Positions 1 through 10,900 of a stretch of 64,000 bases of DNA are shown piece by piece. Below the pieces are notes generated by a model. That model had not been told where the DNA came from. It did not search any database and was given only the letters and a program-made list of their open reading frames with translations. Where the stretch lies: contig JAEUQN010000012.1 in the NCBI GenBank assembly GCA_016789725.1, forward strand, positions 1,448-65,447, written 5' to 3'. Position 1 is the first letter of the stretch. Every line of letters starts with the position of its first letter. This DNA comes from Blastocatellia bacterium. GTDB lineage: Bacteria; Acidobacteriota; Blastocatellia; RBC074. Position numbers and translations under genes: made by a program.

Positions 1-2
1 AA

Positions 3-590
3 CCCTTCATTGAGTTGTGTCCCGAAGACCAGTTGTTAATCGGAAAAAAAATAATGTGGCAGCCGGACTCTGTGCCGGATGAATCGCGCCTGAGTTTGTT
101 CATGCACGAACTGATTCACGTTCCACATGACGAAGAACGAAGCCGCAACCAACTGCTGACGCTGCGCAATTTTGTCCGACAGGTAAACACGATTCCGAAC
201 GCCTGGGATCAAATTGAAACAATCGTGGGCGTGAGCATCAGCTATTTGGAAATTCGCGTTTATGATTGTGATGAATTTCTGCGTACGCTGAAAACACACG
301 GCTATGCGGTGAATTCGTGGATGGAAAAGGTCAGTCGTTGGGTGGGACACGGGCATCGCTTCGATAGCGCACGTGCTTTGACCGAGCATCGCCACGAACC
401 GCAATTGCACTTTGTGAATGATCGCGCGGACGAAGAAGCCTACGGCCCCAATTATTTTTTTGTGCATTGGGACGCGCAATCCGTGTACGCCAAACGTGGC
501 TGGATGCTGGGGCGCATCGCCGCAGGCCGCACCCACGCACACCATTCCGCGACGCCGCAGGAAGTCGAAGCCTATTTGAATGGCGTATAG
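3..590 (+). CDS. Hypothetical protein, probably truncated by the window start; contains HExxH (HELIH)
   Basis: The frame is open from position 3 (ccc ttc att gag ttg tgt...) to TAG at 588-590. It contains LFMHELIHV and a His-rich C-terminus; no family recognised. Confidence 0.55.
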   Translation, partial: PFIELCPEDQLLIGKKIMWQPDSVPDESRLSLFMHELIHVPHDEERSRNQLLTLRNFVRQVNTIPNAWDQIETIVGVSISYLEIRVYDCDEFLRTLKTHGYAVNSWMEKVSRWVGHGHRFDSARALTEHRHEPQLHFVNDRADEEAYGPNYFFVHWDAQSVYAKRGWMLGRIAAGRTHAHHSATPQEVEAYLNGV

Positions 591-657
591 GCTTGCACGA
601 ATAATTGATTCGGGCATAATTGGTTTGACCAAATACCTTCTGATTGTAGGGCAAATC

Positions 658-3600
658 ATGAACAGCAAAGCGAAAAAAAGATTCGGTCTAATCCTGGTTG
701 CCAGTGTTGTCTTGTGGATTGCGGGCGGGCACTGGGAACACTTTGTATCCGCACAGAGCAAAATAGATTTTGTCCGTGATATTCAACCGATTTTGCAGAC
801 CTCCTGTGCGCCTTGTCACTTTGGTGACAAGCCTAAAGCTGATCTGCGGCTCGACAGCAAATCGCTAACTCTCAAGCTTGTCGTGCCAGGCAATAGCAAA
901 GACTCGCGGCTTGTGCATCGTGTCCTCGGCTTGAACGGCGAAAAGCGGATGCCATTGGGACGCGAGGCGTTGAGCGCCGCGCAAATCGAACTGTTGCAAC
1001 GCTGGATTGATGAAGGTGCCAATTGGCCTGACACCGCCTCGGTCGAAGGTGGAATCAAGAAGCATTGGGCGTTCGTCGCGCCCGTTCGCGCTGCTGTTCC
1101 TGCGGTCCGAAACAAAACGTGGGTCCGCAATCCGATTGATAATTTCATCCTTGCCAAACTTGAGCAGGAAAACCTTACACCTTCACCGGAGGCCGATAAA
1201 ATCACGCTGTTGCGGCGCTTGAGCCTGGATTTGATTGGGCTGCCACCAACACCAGAAGAAGTGGATGCGTTTCTGAAAGACACTTCACCCCAAGCTTACG
1301 AAACGCAAGTTGAGCGACTATTGGCCTCGCCGCATTACGGCGAACGTTGGGCGCGTCATTGGCTGGATGCGGCGCGTTATGCGGATTCCGATGGCTTTGA
1401 AAAAGACAAGATGCGAAACGTCTGGTTTTATCGGGATTTGGTCATCAACGCGCTGAATCGTGATTTACCTTACGATCAATTTATCATCGAACAAATCGCG
1501 GGCGATCTGCTGCCCAACGCGACCCAGAATAATCTGGTCGCTACAGGCTTCCTGCGCAATTCGATGATTAATGAAGAGGGCGGTGTTGATCCTGAACAGT
1601 TTCGGATGGAAGCGATGTTTGATCGAATGGACGCCATTGGCAAAGGGGTTTTGGGCATCACCATTCAGTGTGCACAGTGCCACAATCACAAATTCGATCC
1701 GCTCAAACAGGAAGAGTATTACAAGCTCTTTGCCTTCCTGAACAATTCCGACGAAGGCAGCATTGTTGTTTACACGTCCGAAGAGCAGATGCAGCGCGCG
1801 AACATCCTTTCCGGCACACGTGAAATCGAAGCCAAATTGCAAGAGATCAAACCCGACTGGCTGGCACAAATGAACGCGTGGGAAGAGCGTGTGAAGAACG
1901 ACAAGGGCGAATGGAAAGTGATTCAGCCTGCGGTGGATGATATTTCGACGGGGGGGCAAAAATATTTTCCGCTCAAGGATGGATCGTTTTTGGCGCAAGG
2001 CTACGCGCCGACCAAACACCGCGTAAAGCTGACGACGAAAACCGATGTCCAAAATATCACCGCGTTCAGAATTGAAATGCTGAACGATCCGAATTTGCCA
2101 ATGCTCGGCCCCGGTCGTTCGCCGAAAGGCACGTTTGGCTTGACCGATGTCTTAGTCGAAGCCGCGCCTGCCAGCGACGAAAAGAAAGTCAGCAAAATCA
2201 AAATCGTCAATGCGACAGCGGACGTGAATCCGCCCGAAAAAGAACTCGACGCGATGTTCTATGACAAAAGCAATCGCCGCCGCGTCGAAGGCCCGATTGC
2301 TTTTGCGATTGACGACAAAGATGAAACGGCGTGGGGCATTGATGTTGGTCCCGGCTTGCGCAACGTCCCGCGCAAGGCGGTCTTCAATTTTGAAAAACCA
2401 ATTGCGAATGATGGCGGCACACTGCTGACGATTTACCTGCGGCAAAATCACGGCGGTTGGAACAGTGACGATAACATGAACAACAACCTCGGTCGTTTCC
2501 GGTTGTCTATCACCACCGCGCCGAATGCGGTTGCCGATCCGCTGCCCGCCAACGTGCGAGAGATTCTAAGCATCCCGCGCGATAAACGGACGAAAGCGCA
2601 AGTGGACACCGTCTTCAGTTATTGGCGCACGACGGTTAGCGAGTGGCGCGACTACAACCAACAAATTGCAGGACTTTGGAAACAATATCCGACCGGGACG
2701 TCGCAACTGGTGATGAATGAACGACACGACGCGCGGACAACCAGTATTCTCAAGCGCGGCGATTTTCTCCGACCGGATCGTCCCGTGAAGGCGGGCGTTC
2801 CCGCGTTCTTGAATCCATTGCCCGAAGGCGAGCCGGTCAATCGTTTGACGTTTGCCAAATGGTTGGTGGATCGCCAATCGCCCACCACGGCGCGAGCGGC
2901 TGTCAATCGCCTTTGGCAATCCTATTTCGGCACTGGCCTCGTGGCGACTTCGGAAGATCTAGGCAAGCAAAGCGAAGCGCCCTCGCATCCTGAGTTGTTG
3001 GATTGGTTGGCCGTCGAATTGATGGAGCCGAGTTCACAGTTCACAGTTCACAGTTCACAGCTTGCTGCCAAATCTACGGCGAACCGCGAACAACACGCTG
3101 CGAACTGGTCTCTCAAGAATGTTCATCGGTTAATTGTTAACTCGGCAACATATCGTCAATCGTCGAAAATTACACCACAATTGCAGGAAAAAGACCCCTT
3201 CAATCGGTTGCTGGCGCGTGGCCCAAGATTTCGGGTCGAGGGCGAAATCGTCCGTGATATTGCACTAGCGGCAAGCGGTTTATTAAATGCGAAAGTCGGT
3301 GGCGCATCCGTCTTCCCGCCTTCGCCGGAGTTTTTGTATTTGCCACCGACAAGTTACGGCCCCAAAAATTGGTATGAAGACAAAGGCGAGAACCGGTATC
3401 GTCGTGGCTTGTATACGTTCCGCTATCGCAGCGTGCCGTATCCGATGTTGCAAACCTTCGATGTGCCAAATGGCGATATTTCGTGTGTGCGCCGCGCGAA
3501 ATCCAACACGCCGCTGCAAGCCTTGACGACGCTGAATGAAACCACATTTTTAGAAGCGGCGCGCGCGCTGGCTGTAAAAACGATCAAGGAAGGCGGCACC

Positions 3601-3864
3601 ACCGATGCGCAAAAAGTCGAATTCGCATTTCGCCGCGTGACAGCACGTAAGCCAACCATCCAGGAAGCGACAGCCTTGCTCGCATTGATGAAGCGACAAC
3701 AAGAACGTTTCATCGCGGGAGAATTGAATCCCTGGAATTTTGCCACGAATGATCCTGACAAACCGTTTGCCTTGCCGAAAGGCATGACGATGGAACAGCT
3801 CGCAGCGTGGACGGCTGTCACGCGTGTGGTGCTGAATTTGGATGAAGCGATTACGAAAGAGTAA
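658..3864 (+). CDS. Planctomycete-type cytochrome c / DUF1549 / DUF1553 (PSD1) exported protein
   Basis: Signal peptide, IDFVRDIQPIL..SCAPCH (CxxCH), HWAF..P, NPIDNFI, YGERWARHWLDAARYADSDG, IQCAQCHNHKFDP, PSHPELLDWLA, NTPLQAL, C-terminal LNLDEAITKE. ATG 658 preferred over 580. Confidence 0.93.
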   Translation: MNSKAKKRFGLILVASVVLWIAGGHWEHFVSAQSKIDFVRDIQPILQTSCAPCHFGDKPKADLRLDSKSLTLKLVVPGNSKDSRLVHRVLGLNGEKRMPLGREALSAAQIELLQRWIDEGANWPDTASVEGGIKKHWAFVAPVRAAVPAVRNKTWVRNPIDNFILAKLEQENLTPSPEADKITLLRRLSLDLIGLPPTPEEVDAFLKDTSPQAYETQVERLLASPHYGERWARHWLDAARYADSDGFEKDKMRNVWFYRDLVINALNRDLPYDQFIIEQIAGDLLPNATQNNLVATGFLRNSMINEEGGVDPEQFRMEAMFDRMDAIGKGVLGITIQCAQCHNHKFDPLKQEEYYKLFAFLNNSDEGSIVVYTSEEQMQRANILSGTREIEAKLQEIKPDWLAQMNAWEERVKNDKGEWKVIQPAVDDISTGGQKYFPLKDGSFLAQGYAPTKHRVKLTTKTDVQNITAFRIEMLNDPNLPMLGPGRSPKGTFGLTDVLVEAAPASDEKKVSKIKIVNATADVNPPEKELDAMFYDKSNRRRVEGPIAFAIDDKDETAWGIDVGPGLRNVPRKAVFNFEKPIANDGGTLLTIYLRQNHGGWNSDDNMNNNLGRFRLSITTAPNAVADPLPANVREILSIPRDKRTKAQVDTVFSYWRTTVSEWRDYNQQIAGLWKQYPTGTSQLVMNERHDARTTSILKRGDFLRPDRPVKAGVPAFLNPLPEGEPVNRLTFAKWLVDRQSPTTARAAVNRLWQSYFGTGLVATSEDLGKQSEAPSHPELLDWLAVELMEPSSQFTVHSSQLAAKSTANREQHAANWSLKNVHRLIVNSATYRQSSKITPQLQEKDPFNRLLARGPRFRVEGEIVRDIALAASGLLNAKVGGASVFPPSPEFLYLPPTSYGPKNWYEDKGENRYRRGLYTFRYRSVPYPMLQTFDVPNGDISCVRRAKSNTPLQALTTLNETTFLEAARALAVKTIKEGGTTDAQKVEFAFRRVTARKPTIQEATALLALMKRQQERFIAGELNPWNFATNDPDKPFALPKGMTMEQLAAWTAVTRVVLNLDEAITKE
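3031..3106. repeat. In-frame heptamer inverted-repeat insertion, (AGTTCAC)x4 ... (GCGAACN)-type arm
   Basis: AGTTCAC x4 at 3031-3058; GCGAACC GCGAACA ACACGCT GCGAACT at 3079-3106 is an imperfect reverse complement. Encodes SSQFTVHSSQ...ANREQHAANW. Confidence 0.85.
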
Positions 3865-3904
3865 TTTCTATCAAGTTTTGAAACCTTAGAATCTGAGGCT
3901 GTAT

Positions 3905-5317
3905 ATGAAAATTTCTGAGAATGACAGTCACCCAAAAGTTTCCCGACGCTGGTTTCTCGAACAATGTGGCGTCGGTATGGGCGCATTGGCGTTGAATCAA
4001 CTGCTGGCGCAAACGGGCTATGCGCAATCTAACCCTCTTGCGCCGAAAAAGCCGCATTTTGCGCCGAAAGCGAAGAACGTCATTTACCTGTTTATGGCGG
4101 GCGGACCGAGCCACATGGAGATGTTCGATTACAAACCGCAACTCGCCAAATTCGATGGCACCTTGCCGCCGCCGGATTTGCTCAAGGGGTATCGCGCGGC
4201 GTTTATCAATCCGAACTCCAAATTGCTGGGGCCGAAATTCAAGTTTGCGAAATACGGTCAGGCTGGCGCAGACATTTCTGAGTTATTGCCTTACACCGCG
4301 AAGATCGTGGATGACCTTTGCATCGTCAAATCTATGGTCACGGATGCGTTCAATCATGCGCCGGGGCAGTTGATGATGAACACGGGTTCGATGATTTTCG
4401 GACGTCCGAGTTTTGGTGCGTGGTCGGTCTATGGACTCGGCAGTGAATCGCAGGATTTGCCCGCGTTTGTTGCGTTCAGCACTGGCAGCAAAGGTCCGAG
4501 TGGTGGCAACAGTTGCTGGGGCAGCGGATTCCTGCCAACCGTTTATCAAGGCGTCCAATTCCGCAATGTTGGCGATCCGGTGTTGTATCTCTCAAACCCG
4601 CGCGGGGTGGATGAGACCTTGCAGCGCGATTCGCTCGACACCATCAACAAGCTCAACAAAATGCGCCTGGATGTGACGGGCGACCCTGAAATTGCGACGC
4701 GCATCAATTCGTTTGAGACCGCGTTCAAGATGCAGAAAGTTGCGCCGGATGTCACTGACATTTCCAAAGAACCGAAACACATTTTGGAAATGTACGGCGC
4801 GGAACCGGGCAAGCCTTCGTTTGCGAATACAGTCTTGATGGCGCGGCGTCTGGTCGAAAAGGGCGTGCGCTTTGTGCAAATCATGCACGAAGCTTGGGAT
4901 CAACACGGCAGTCTGGTGCGCGACCTCACGAAGAATTGCAAAGATACCGAACAAGCTTGTGCCGCACTGGTCAAAGACCTCAAGCAACGTGGAATGCTGG
5001 AAGATACGCTCGTGATTTGGGGCGGAGAATTTGGGCGCACACCGATGGTGCAGGGCGGCGATGACGGGCGTGACCATCATCCGAATGCGTTCACGATGTG
5101 GTTGGCGGGCGGTGGCATCAAGACCGAGCAGGTCATCGGGGCGACGGATGATCTGGGCTTCAATGTGGTCGAAGATCGCGTTCATGTTCACGATTTACAC
5201 GCGACGCTACTGCACTTGCTGGGCTTCGATCACGAGAAGCTGACGTATCGGTTCCAGGGCCGTGATTTCCGGCTCACAGATGTGCATGGCATCGTCCAAA
5301 AGAAGTTGTTGGCATAA
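3905..5317 (+). CDS. DUF1501 domain protein, Tat-exported
   Basis: SRRWFL Tat motif, [67 protein letters not shown]. Usual partner downstream of DUF1553 genes. Confidence 0.93.
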   Translation: MKISENDSHPKVSRRWFLEQCGVGMGALALNQLLAQTGYAQSNPLAPKKPHFAPKAKNVIYLFMAGGPSHMEMFDYKPQLAKFDGTLPPPDLLKGYRAAFINPNSKLLGPKFKFAKYGQAGADISELLPYTAKIVDDLCIVKSMVTDAFNHAPGQLMMNTGSMIFGRPSFGAWSVYGLGSESQDLPAFVAFSTGSKGPSGGNSCWGSGFLPTVYQGVQFRNVGDPVLYLSNPRGVDETLQRDSLDTINKLNKMRLDVTGDPEIATRINSFETAFKMQKVAPDVTDISKEPKHILEMYGAEPGKPSFANTVLMARRLVEKGVRFVQIMHEAWDQHGSLVRDLTKNCKDTEQACAALVKDLKQRGMLEDTLVIWGGEFGRTPMVQGGDDGRDHHPNAFTMWLAGGGIKTEQVIGATDDLGFNVVEDRVHVHDLHATLLHLLGFDHEKLTYRFQGRDFRLTDVHGIVQKKLLA

Positions 5318-5345
5318 AATCAAGGTCTGCGGAAAGGCTTGATTT
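5317..5345 (+). terminator. Possible hairpin terminator after DUF1501
   Basis: AAATCAAGGTCT-gcggaa-AGGCTTGATTT imperfect inverted repeat at the stop codon. Confidence 0.4.
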
Positions 5346-5428
5346 ATCACGATCCCTACACCTCGAAACGGCGTTCCATCGTTTGATCGGAACGGGCGTA
5401 AATCTACGCCAGGAAAGCAAAAGAATGA

Positions 5429-5457
5429 TTGACAAAACGGCATGCTTCGCAGACAAT
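5429..5457 (+). promoter_or_regulatory. Putative sigma70 promoter of the T6SS operon
   Basis: TTGACA (5429-5434), 17-nt spacer, GACAAT (5452-5457), about 180 nt upstream of tssK. Confidence 0.55.
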
Positions 5458-5639
5458 CCGCGCGTCTTAATTCGTAGCAGTACTTGATAAATACAGAAAC
5501 TGTAAAGATAACAGTCTCCGAGAGATGCCATGTTGAGTCGGAACCCGAAGTTGACCTGCCTCTTGACCGTCTTTTCCAGCCCCATTCCCCCTTCAGGTTG
5601 TTGACTCGTTCGCTCTTTTGATGTGCTAGATAAACCTTT

Positions 5640-7022
5640 ATGAGTCGTTATCGCAGGGTTGTGTGGAACGAAGGAATGCTTCTCACACCCCACCATTTCC
5701 AGCAATCCGACAACTATCACGAAGACCTCTTAAATTCGCGGATTGCGTCGCTCACGCCGTATGAATGGGGAATCCTCGAGTTACAAATCAATCGGGATGC
5801 GATTGCCAATGGCTTCGTCGAAATCCTGAGTTGTAGTGGCATCCTGCCGGATGGCCTCGCCATCAGTCTTCCACAAATGGGGCCAGCACCTGACCCGCGT
5901 CCGGTCGAAGATCACTTTGCGGCTTCTGCCACCAGCTTGGATGTTTATCTGGCGATTCCTGCTACACGCGTCGGCGCGGCGAATTTCCAAGCCAATGGCG
6001 GAGCATCGAGCGCGACCATTCGGTATTTGCAATCTGCGGGGACGGTGGTTGATGAAACGTCCGGCGAGAACGAACAACAATTGGCTTTTGCGCGCGGGAA
6101 CTTCAAAATTCTCTTTGCCGATGAACTGCGCGAGGGATATAGCGCCATCAAAGTTGCCCAGTTGGAGCGTACCGCTACAGGTCAATTAACGTTTTCTGAT
6201 AAGTACGTACCACCTGCTTTACATGTTGGCGCTTCGCCCTGGCTCGGAAATGTTTTGCGCCAGATGGTCGAATTGCTGATTGCCAAGAGCCGTTCGTTGG
6301 GAGACAAGGTTAAGCAGAGCAACACGGGCCAGGCTTCATTTACCGCGCACGACACCACGGTTTTCTGGATGCTGAACACCATCAACACGGCGATTCCGAT
6401 CATGACGCATTTGTTTCGCACCCGCATCGTCCATCCCGAACGCCTGTATCGGGAGATGATCGCCATTGCCGGAGGGCTGATGACCTTTGCTCCCAATCGG
6501 CATCCCAAAGATATTGTCAAATACGATCATCAGGATTTGTATGGAACCTTTCGCCAGTTAGAGGCGGACATTCGTGATCTCTTAAACCTTGGAGTGCCGG
6601 AACGCTGCGTGCCGATCAAGCTCGAAAAAGTTCGTGAGTCGCTGTATGTCGGGCGCGTCAATGACGATCAGTTGCTGAAAGCCGCAGAGTTTATTTTAGG
6701 TGTTGGTGCCACCACGCCGGAAGATCGGTTGATTTCGCGCGTGCCGATTGTTTTCAAAATTGCCGATGGCGATGGCATAGATGCCGTCATCAATAACGCT
6801 TTAATGGGTGTGACATTGAAGCATGCGTCACCACCGCCGGGACCGGTTCCAACACGCGTTGGGATGCACTATTTTCGTCTGGATCGCAACGCACAGGATT
6901 TGGCTTTGACCCGTTTTTGGGATCGCATCATTGGCTTGAAAACGATTGCTATCTACGTGCCACACGGCGTTCCCGATGAGTTCCCCGAAGCGAAACTGGA
7001 AATGTACGCGATCAAACCCTAG
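5640..7022 (+). CDS. tssK: T6SS baseplate subunit TssK
   Basis: VVWNEGMLLTPHHFQQ, YEWG, HPERLYREM, YDHQDL, LKHASPPPGPVP, YFRLD. Confidence 0.95.
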   Translation: MSRYRRVVWNEGMLLTPHHFQQSDNYHEDLLNSRIASLTPYEWGILELQINRDAIANGFVEILSCSGILPDGLAISLPQMGPAPDPRPVEDHFAASATSLDVYLAIPATRVGAANFQANGGASSATIRYLQSAGTVVDETSGENEQQLAFARGNFKILFADELREGYSAIKVAQLERTATGQLTFSDKYVPPALHVGASPWLGNVLRQMVELLIAKSRSLGDKVKQSNTGQASFTAHDTTVFWMLNTINTAIPIMTHLFRTRIVHPERLYREMIAIAGGLMTFAPNRHPKDIVKYDHQDLYGTFRQLEADIRDLLNLGVPERCVPIKLEKVRESLYVGRVNDDQLLKAAEFILGVGATTPEDRLISRVPIVFKIADGDGIDAVINNALMGVTLKHASPPPGPVPTRVGMHYFRLDRNAQDLALTRFWDRIIGLKTIAIYVPHGVPDEFPEAKLEMYAIKP

Positions 7023-7042
7023 CCTCAGACGTTGTAGTTTTT

Positions 7043-7762
7043 ATGTCGAGCGCAGCTACACATAAACAAATGAACGCGAGCCAACAGAGTGCAGAGAAAG
7101 ATTTAGTCAGCCTGGCAACGCCGGTGCTGGATTTGGTGATGCGGATTCGTGCCGGGCAAATCGTGCCATCGGCTGAAATGCGGCAACTGGTGGATGGTAG
7201 GCTCAAGGATTTAGAAGCTCGTGGCGTGCAATTGGGTTTCAAGGACACGCAACTGCAAAACGTCAAATTTGCGCTCGCCGCGTTTGTGGATGAAACGGTG
7301 ATGGCGGGTGGGTTTGCCGTTCGTAACGAATGGGAACGATACCCCCTTCAGCTTCAGTATTTTCAGGAGCAGTTTGCGGGCGTGAAATTTTTTGATCGCC
7401 TTGATGCCCTGCTTAAAAACGCTGAGTCCGAAGCCGATGTGATTGAAGTCTATTACTTGTGCTTGTTGTTAGGTTTCAAGGGCAAATATCATATCTATCT
7501 GGAAGATCAACTGCCGGGCGTTTTGCAAAATGTCGCCGGGCAATTGCAGCGTGTGGGACGCTTGAAAAATACGATCCTTTCGCCCCATTGGAAATTGAGC
7601 GATCAGCCCGCCCCGCCGCAGGAAACCAAAGTCCCCGAAATGCCCGCGTGGGTAAAGTTGGTGGCGCTTGGCTCCTTGGCACTGGTTGGCTTGAGTTATT
7701 TGCTATTTCAGTTTTTACTTACGAACCAGGCGAACGGAACAAACGAGATACTCTTAAAGTAA
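7043..7762 (+). CDS. tssL: T6SS membrane subunit TssL (DotU family), no OmpA/PG-binding extension
   Basis: KFALAAFVDE, W..YPLQLQYF, AGVKFFDRL, EVYYLCLLLGFKGKY, C-terminal TM helix. Confidence 0.95.
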   Translation: MSSAATHKQMNASQQSAEKDLVSLATPVLDLVMRIRAGQIVPSAEMRQLVDGRLKDLEARGVQLGFKDTQLQNVKFALAAFVDETVMAGGFAVRNEWERYPLQLQYFQEQFAGVKFFDRLDALLKNAESEADVIEVYYLCLLLGFKGKYHIYLEDQLPGVLQNVAGQLQRVGRLKNTILSPHWKLSDQPAPPQETKVPEMPAWVKLVALGSLALVGLSYLLFQFLLTNQANGTNEILLK

Positions 7763-7946
7763 CGAGAAAATCACGATAGCTTGGTGAGATGTGCGTTCCC
7801 CAGTTCGTGAGATTTCATCACCCCCCTCCCCTTTGATTGCCCCAGCATTCGCTGTTAGCGAGTGTGTTGATTTGGATGCAGCGTTTTATCTTGAACTCGC
7901 TGTCTGTGCCTCACCCAGCACGCCCCAAACTGGATAGGAAAGTACG

Positions 7947-10900
7947 ATGCCTGCACTTAGTCTGAAAAAGCTGATTATTTTTTGCGTGCTCATCACCTTG
8001 ACCGGCATAGCCCTTTTGATGGTTTTGCTCTTTAGTGATGAGATCGGCATTACTCAAATCCTTTTGATCGCCTTGATTTTGCTGTGCTGGCCGATTGGAT
8101 TTCTCCTCAATTACCTCCTCAAAAATCGTCAGGCGAAAGCGGATGGTGTGCCTGCGGAGGCCGCGCCCAAAACAAGTAAAGAGCTAACGCCCAGCCGTGA
8201 TTATGAAGAGCTGTCGCGCAGTGCGGAAGAAGCCGCTCAGTTTTTGCGCAGCAGCAATTTGGGCAATCGGGAAGTGAGCGACGCGCTTTATGGCTTGCCG
8301 TGGTATGTGCTGGCCGGGCCACCGAGTAGTGGCAAGACCTCGCTCGCGCTGTCTGCCGGATTAAGCTTCAATGCCTTGTCGAGTCAGCGTCGTTCCGATC
8401 AAAACCTGGTGCGTGCGACGCGCGATTGCGAATGGCGTGTGTCTGACAATGGCGTGCTGATTGATACGGCTGGGCGGTATTTCACCGAAGGCCCCGACCG
8501 TGACGAATGGTTGGGCTTGATCGAAACACTCAAAAAAACGCGCAAGAATCGCGCGCTTGATGGATTTGTTCTTACGGTCAACGCCGCCAATGTTTTCAAT
8601 GCCAAAGAAGCTGAAATCGAACAGCAGGCACAGGTGCTGCGCGCGCGGATAGACGAAGTCATCAAAAGCACCGGCGTTCGCTTTCCGGTTTATTTGGTTT
8701 TCACCCACGCTGATGCCATTCCGGGCTTTTCCGAATTTTTTGCTGCGCTGCCGCCGAATGAACGCGCGCAAGTTTGGGGCGCGACAATTCCGCTGGAGCA
8801 GGCACAGAACGCGCACGCTTTGTTTGATGTGGAATTCGATTACTTGCTGGATTCGCTGATGAAGCGCCGCTTGTTGCAACTGGGCAGCGCGACGACGCCA
8901 GCGCAACAATACGGCACCTTCAGCTTCCCGCTGCGATTTGCCGACACCCGGCGCAAATTGGGATTGTTCACGCTGGCGCTGTTTCGCCCGAATCCGTTCA
9001 GTGAATTGCCGCTGCTGCGCGGCTTCTATTTCACCAGCAATCCACAAGGCCAGGATGGCCGCATCAACAACACGGGCATTTACAGCGAAGATTTATTCAA
9101 GCAGGTCATCTTCCGCGATAAGGACATTGCCGCTTCGTTTCAATCACAGAAAGCCGCGCCGAACCAACTGGCAAAAGTGAAGCTGGCCATCGGGACGCTC
9201 GCCGCCGCCTGCTTATTGTGGGTTGGCGGTTCGGTTGCGTCGTTTTTCAATAATTACTCGCTGCTGTCTGAAGCACAGGATCACGCCAAACGCGTGCTGG
9301 ATCATTACGAAGCCGGGCGCGGCAAGGACAAGGTCGAGACCACCGCCGTTGAATTGGAAAACCTCGACAAGCTGCGCGTGACGCTGCAAAAGATTGACGA
9401 CAACGACCGCAGCTTTTTCGGGTCACTCGCCTATCGCTTTGGCCTCTATTCCGGCGGCAAAGTTCGCACCCGAACGCGGCAGGTATACTTTGATTTTGTC
9501 TCGCAGCGGTTCCTGAACCCGGCGATCACGGCGCTCGAAAATGACCTGGCGAATGTCACTCCGGCAGGCGAAGGCGACAAGCTTGAAGCGATGCAGGACG
9601 ATTATTATTACAAGTTGCAAGCCTACCTAATGCCTGAAAAACAGGATCGCGTTGATCCCAAGTTTTTGGAAGAAAAGCTCAGTCAATATTGGAAAGAAAA
9701 ACCATCGGATCGGGGCCGCATGGAATCGCTCGCGTTTTACTCCGAACAGGCGGCGTTGAGTGATGACGATGATGAAACGGTGCCGCGCCCTTTGGCCAAG
9801 CTTGAAGCCGTACAAAGCGCGCGCGGCAAGCTCAAGAGCTATTCGCCCACCAAACGCGTTTACAACGAAGTGATGCGCAAGATCAATAAACTGGGGCTGG
9901 CGGTTGACCTTGCCAAAGTGTTGGAAGGGCAGGAGGGGACGGAATTGTTGGAGGAATCCGAACCGCACCCCGTGCCATATGCCTTCACCAAACAGGCGTA
10001 TTACAAGCATGTCACCGGCGATGCGATGGCCTCGGTCAAAGAGGATTTGAGCGGCAAAGACGATTGGGTGATGGGCGAGAAATCCGCTGCGCAAGGCATC
10101 AACGTCGAGCAGTTGCGCGACCGCTATTCAACCGAGTACGCCGCACATTGGCAGAAGTTTCTGAACGGCATTCGCGTGCGCTCTTTCAAAGACAAGAATG
10201 CCGCGATTGATGCGCTCGGTACACTGGCGCAGGAAAACTCGCCGCTGAAAAAAGTTGTCGCTTACGTCGCCAGTGAAACCAAGCTTTCCGAACCGCCGCA
10301 AGATGGCGGCGCATTGGCCTGGCTCAAAGGTTTGTTAGCGAGCAAGGCCGGGATTACCGATCCCAAGGTCGAAACATCGTTCGCGCCGCTGCACAAATTC
10401 GTGGCGGGTGATCAACCGCCGGTTTCACGTTACCTGAGCAAGCTCGCCGAAGTGCGCGAACAATTGCGTTCTGCGCCCGGCACGAGCTGGGACGAGTTAG
10501 CGAAAGTGCCGAATGAAAATAAGGCGTGGAATAAACCCGCAAATGAGGTGAATGACCTTATCAAGCAAATGGATTTATCGCCGGGCAGCAAAGCCGCGAG
10601 CGAATTCCTGGCCCGCCCGCTCGCCAATATTGGCGCGGGTCAGAAGGCGGGCGAGGCGAAAAACCTCGAAGAAGCGTGGCGCAATTTAGTGCAAAGCGCC
10701 CGCAAGCTCGAAAGCCGCTATCCTTTCAGCAACAGTACGACAGATGTGCAATTGAATGAGTTCGTCCAATTCTTCAATCCCGCCGATGGCGAGGTCTCGA
10801 AACTCGTCAAAAACTTCCTGAGCGATAAAGTTGAAGGCGAGCCGGGACAATTGAAATCGAAGAACGCGGCGGAGTTTTCTGATGCTGCCGTGGCGTATTT

